From the IMG/VR virus record IMGVR_UViG_3300000517_000182, positions 1-59,022 of that record: a stretch of 59,022 nucleotides of DNA; one strand, written 5' to 3'. This DNA is from a virus. Taxonomy: Duplodnaviria; Caudoviricetes. How positions within the stretch are numbered: position 1 is the stretch's first letter; each line of letters opens with the position of its first letter. The notes under the pieces are model-generated. The model did no database searches. It saw only the letters and a list, made by a program, of their open reading frames with translations, and was not told where the DNA came from. This document shows, in pieces, positions 56,152 through 59,022 of the stretch. The position numbers were made by a program, and so were the translations under genes.

Positions 56152-58206
56152 ATGAAATGGCTAACACATTGGACTACTGCGTTTCTTACCCTTGCAGTGG
56201 TTTTATTTGTTCACTACTCAGATGGCTTTGTAGTTGAAACTCTTCGACTAAAGCAGTTTGATTTACTGCAACAGACAGATACTGTTCAACAGTCTCAAGA
56301 CATAGGCGTTGTCGCAATAGACGAAGCTGCAATAGAACGCTATGGTCAGTGGCCCTGGAGCAGAGAAACAATAGCAGACATTGTATGGCAATTGCGTAGT
56401 GACGGTGCGGGAGTAATTGTCATACCTGTGCTTTTTTCAGAAACAGATAGACTGGGCGGTGATGACTATCTCGCAGAAACACTAGAAAACAATGGTGTAG
56501 TAATAGCACAGACAGGCATTGCAGGTGAATCTCAGAATGCAGTGCCTAGAGGCATTGCGAAAATAGGCGATCCTGTTCCTTACCTCTATCAATGGCAGGG
56601 CGTGCTAGGACCTATACCCGAACTGGCCGAATCAGCAGATGGTGTAGGTGTTATTAACACCGTGCCTGAACGAGACGGTGTAGTAAGAAGAGTGCCTCTG
56701 CTCATGCGAGTAGACAATGAAGTGTTTCCATCACTGGGCATAGAAGTTATTCGAGTAGCAACTCAACAGCCTTCCTACCAGGTAAAAGAACAGGGCGCAG
56801 GCATAGAAGCTGTCAGAGTGCCTGGCTTCCCCGTCATAAACACAGATCCCAACGGAAGGATATGGCTGCGCTGGAACAAAGAGTTTCCTACGATATCCGC
56901 AGCAGAACAGGACTTTTCTCGTTTTCAAGGCAAGACTGTTATAATAGGCGCACAGGCTGCGGGAATAGGTGGTGTAATAGCATCACCTACAGGTCCACGA
57001 TACAACTATGAACCTGCTGCTGTTACACTGCAGACTCTCATAGACGGAGAACAGATAGAAAGACCATACTGGGCATTTCAAGCAGAACTTGCCGGCACAC
57101 TGGTTCTAGGATTAGCAGTAGTTCTTCTAGGTAGGTTTACACCATACTGGACGGTAGGCTTGGGAATGATTATGTTAGGTGCTGGCGCGGCTTATGGCGT
57201 GCATTGGGCTTGGACAAATCACCTTTATCTGCTTGACGGCACTATGGCTGTTATTGCTCTAGTGTTAGTTGGCTTGCACTCTGTATTCCTTCGCTTTGTG
57301 AAAGAGTTTAGAGAGAAACAGGCAATCAAGAAACAGTTTGCAGGCTATGCATCACCTGCGGTTGTCAAACTGCTACAGGAAAATCCCGCGCTTGTCAAGG
57401 AAGGCACAAAACAAGATATTTCTATTGTGTTCTCAGACTTGCGAGGATTCACGCCTCTGGGTGAATCGTTTGGCGACGATGTAAAAGGATTGACTGCGCT
57501 AATGAATGGCTATATGGATGCCATAACAGAGCCTGTGATTGAAAGAAACGGTATGATAATAAAATACATAGGTGATGCAAGTATGCACATACACGGTGCT
57601 CCGCTTGAAGATGACGATCATCCGCACACCGCAGTAGAAACAGGTTTGGCAATGATACGAGCCGTGGAGAAATTCAATGACAAAATTACTCAAGAAGGAC
57701 GCCCTCCTGTTGGTATGGGCGCTGGCATTAACAGTGGTGTTGGCTATCTCGGAGAAATGGGTTCTACAAAACGACACTCATATGATGTTTTGGGGGACGC
57801 AGTCTCTACTGCCGCAAGAATTGAATCAAAGTGTAAGGAATACGGATGTCTACTTCTTGTCGGAGAAGACACAGTAAAACAGTGTGCGGAAGACTTTTTC
57901 TTCCTTAAGGTAGATGATCTTGCTGTAAAAGGCAAGAGTTATGGCATTGGCATTTACACAGTGTTAGATACAGAAGGTGTTGATATAGGCGCCTATTTGC
58001 TTGCACAGGAAGAACACAATCGTATGCACAAATTGTATCAGGCACAGAAGTTCGACAGAGCAAGGGCATTATGCGAAGATCTAAAAACAGAATTTGACGA
58101 CAGAATGACTGCTTACTATGAAATGTGGCAGGCTCGCTGTGACTTTATGGCAAAGCAGGATTTACCTCGAGACTGGAACGGCGTGTTTATAGCAGATTCT
58201 AAATAA
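56152..58206 (+). CDS. CHASE2-domain class III adenylate/guanylate cyclase
   Basis: GQWPWSR, DGVVRR, three TMs, FSDLRGFT, KYIGDA, YDVLGDAV..AARIE. Confidence 0.92.
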   Translation: MKWLTHWTTAFLTLAVVLFVHYSDGFVVETLRLKQFDLLQQTDTVQQSQDIGVVAIDEAAIERYGQWPWSRETIADIVWQLRSDGAGVIVIPVLFSETDRLGGDDYLAETLENNGVVIAQTGIAGESQNAVPRGIAKIGDPVPYLYQWQGVLGPIPELAESADGVGVINTVPERDGVVRRVPLLMRVDNEVFPSLGIEVIRVATQQPSYQVKEQGAGIEAVRVPGFPVINTDPNGRIWLRWNKEFPTISAAEQDFSRFQGKTVIIGAQAAGIGGVIASPTGPRYNYEPAAVTLQTLIDGEQIERPYWAFQAELAGTLVLGLAVVLLGRFTPYWTVGLGMIMLGAGAAYGVHWAWTNHLYLLDGTMAVIALVLVGLHSVFLRFVKEFREKQAIKKQFAGYASPAVVKLLQENPALVKEGTKQDISIVFSDLRGFTPLGESFGDDVKGLTALMNGYMDAITEPVIERNGMIIKYIGDASMHIHGAPLEDDDHPHTAVETGLAMIRAVEKFNDKITQEGRPPVGMGAGINSGVGYLGEMGSTKRHSYDVLGDAVSTAARIESKCKEYGCLLLVGEDTVKQCAEDFFFLKVDDLAVKGKSYGIGIYTVLDTEGVDIGAYLLAQEEHNRMHKLYQAQKFDRARALCEDLKTEFDDRMTAYYEMWQARCDFMAKQDLPRDWNGVFIADSK

Positions 58207-58310
58207 CAATAAGAACGATTACAGCCATAACAAGCGAGCCTACGGCTGCTCCTACTCCTAGAGTACAAACAAGACTAGACTCGTCCCATATCTTTTCGCA
58301 CACTTTGTCT

Positions 58311-58658
58311 CTAATTTCCATCATCCTTCTCACCTGTAGAGTTGAAAGTCTCTGACACTGATTTGTTTCTGTTGATTATCTCTTCTAATTCTTCATCGAT
58401 CGACTCGCCTCGTGCTTGTTCTATTTGATTTCTATATTCTAGAACCATTGCGAGTTTGGTGTTGAGGCGTATCATGTCGTTATCAAGCATTCGTATTCTA
58501 TCTACGAGCTTGATAAGAGTGGTATTTGCGTCATTGAGCACAGGCTTGACTTCTTCTGTAACCCATTTCCATACAAAAAACACAAAATAGCCAAGTCCCA
58601 TGGCGGCTATGATAGGAAAACCATATTCTGATATTGCAGCTACTAAATCATCAGTCAC
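58311..58658 (-). CDS. Small membrane protein, paralog A
   Basis: YGFPIIAA TM; RIRMLDNDMIRL; GTG start. Confidence 0.65.
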   Translation of the reverse strand: MTDDLVAAISEYGFPIIAAMGLGYFVFFVWKWVTEEVKPVLNDANTTLIKLVDRIRMLDNDMIRLNTKLAMVLEYRNQIEQARGESIDEELEEIINRNKSVSETFNSTGEKDDGN

Positions 58659-58929
58659 GGCGAGCATCCTCCTTGCCTTCGTTTGCAGCAAGACGATCTA
58701 TGTTGGGTTTTACATTGAGTGTGTATGAAAGCAGAGAATCTATTTTAACAAGATCGTTGTTCATAGTCTGTACTCTGTTGTCCAGAGCGTGGATGATGTT
58801 TTTCAACCCTACTACACTGCCTGTCACCGAAGCAAGTATAAACTTGAGAGTGATAAACACGAATATGCCTGCTGCTATTGCACCTGCTATTGGAAAACCC
58901 AGTTCGCCTACCAGTTTGAGAAAATCCAT
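58651..58929 (-). CDS. Small membrane protein, paralog B
   Basis: LGFPIAGA TM; RVQTMNNDLVKI; GAGGG SD and upstream TAAATA. Confidence 0.7.
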   Translation of the reverse strand: MDFLKLVGELGFPIAGAIAAGIFVFITLKFILASVTGSVVGLKNIIHALDNRVQTMNNDLVKIDSLLSYTLNVKPNIDRLAANEGKEDARRD

Positions 58930-59022
58930 TGTGATCCCTCGTTATGTGAGTATTTATTAGATTAACGCTATAAATATTTTCTATGTATTACAGCAGAACA
59001 GGAAAATCACATGGGAGGTTTT

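Noticed and set aside
111-58960. Numerous antisense or nested ORFs within long genes (e.g. 5489..5929, 31071..31418, 54338..54733)
   Set aside because: They are shadow frames of well-supported genes with no independent signals.
1-59022. Stop-codon reassignment suggested by the TTA-anticodon tRNA
   Set aside because: Conserved genes are full length in the standard code, and TAA, TAG and TGA all end genes at the expected positions.
1-59022. Cellular chromosome origin; CRISPR array; IS or integrase
   Set aside because: Host-like genes are isolated singletons among phage genes with TAAATA promoters; no repeat-spacer array or transposase motif was seen.

Overview
This window is a gene-dense, almost entirely + strand segment of a large T4-like (myovirus/jumbo-type) phage genome, probably infecting a proteobacterium. 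The evidence is recurrent TAAATA late-promoter motifs, sigma70-type early promoters, PAAR, tail and acidic core-like proteins, NrdB/NrdA/glutaredoxin, and many single host-type genes. The host-type genes include cox1, a plcP-like phosphoesterase plus GT4, dadA, guaC, dnaK, hsp20, clpS, clpP, heme oxygenase plus a PcyX-like reductase, rpsU, infA, tilS, sbtA, and a curli/FecR/CHASE2-cyclase block. RNA genes include a circularly permuted two-piece tmRNA and 11 tRNA or tRNA-like genes. The most striking unannotated signal is a leader-peptide attenuator (49630-49809) in front of the main tRNA operon. Its codons I-I-W-R-D match, in order, the first four tRNAs downstream (Ile, Trp, Arg, Asp). Other candidates are two structured non-coding RNAs (about 44866-45175 and 49130-49406), two -1 frameshift sites on A9 runs, a helicase split by a 38-nt gap, a UUA-anticodon tRNA, and a shared N-terminal capsid-targeting-like motif on late enzymes. 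All family assignments come from motif recognition by eye and all RNA folds were paired by hand; no searches were run.
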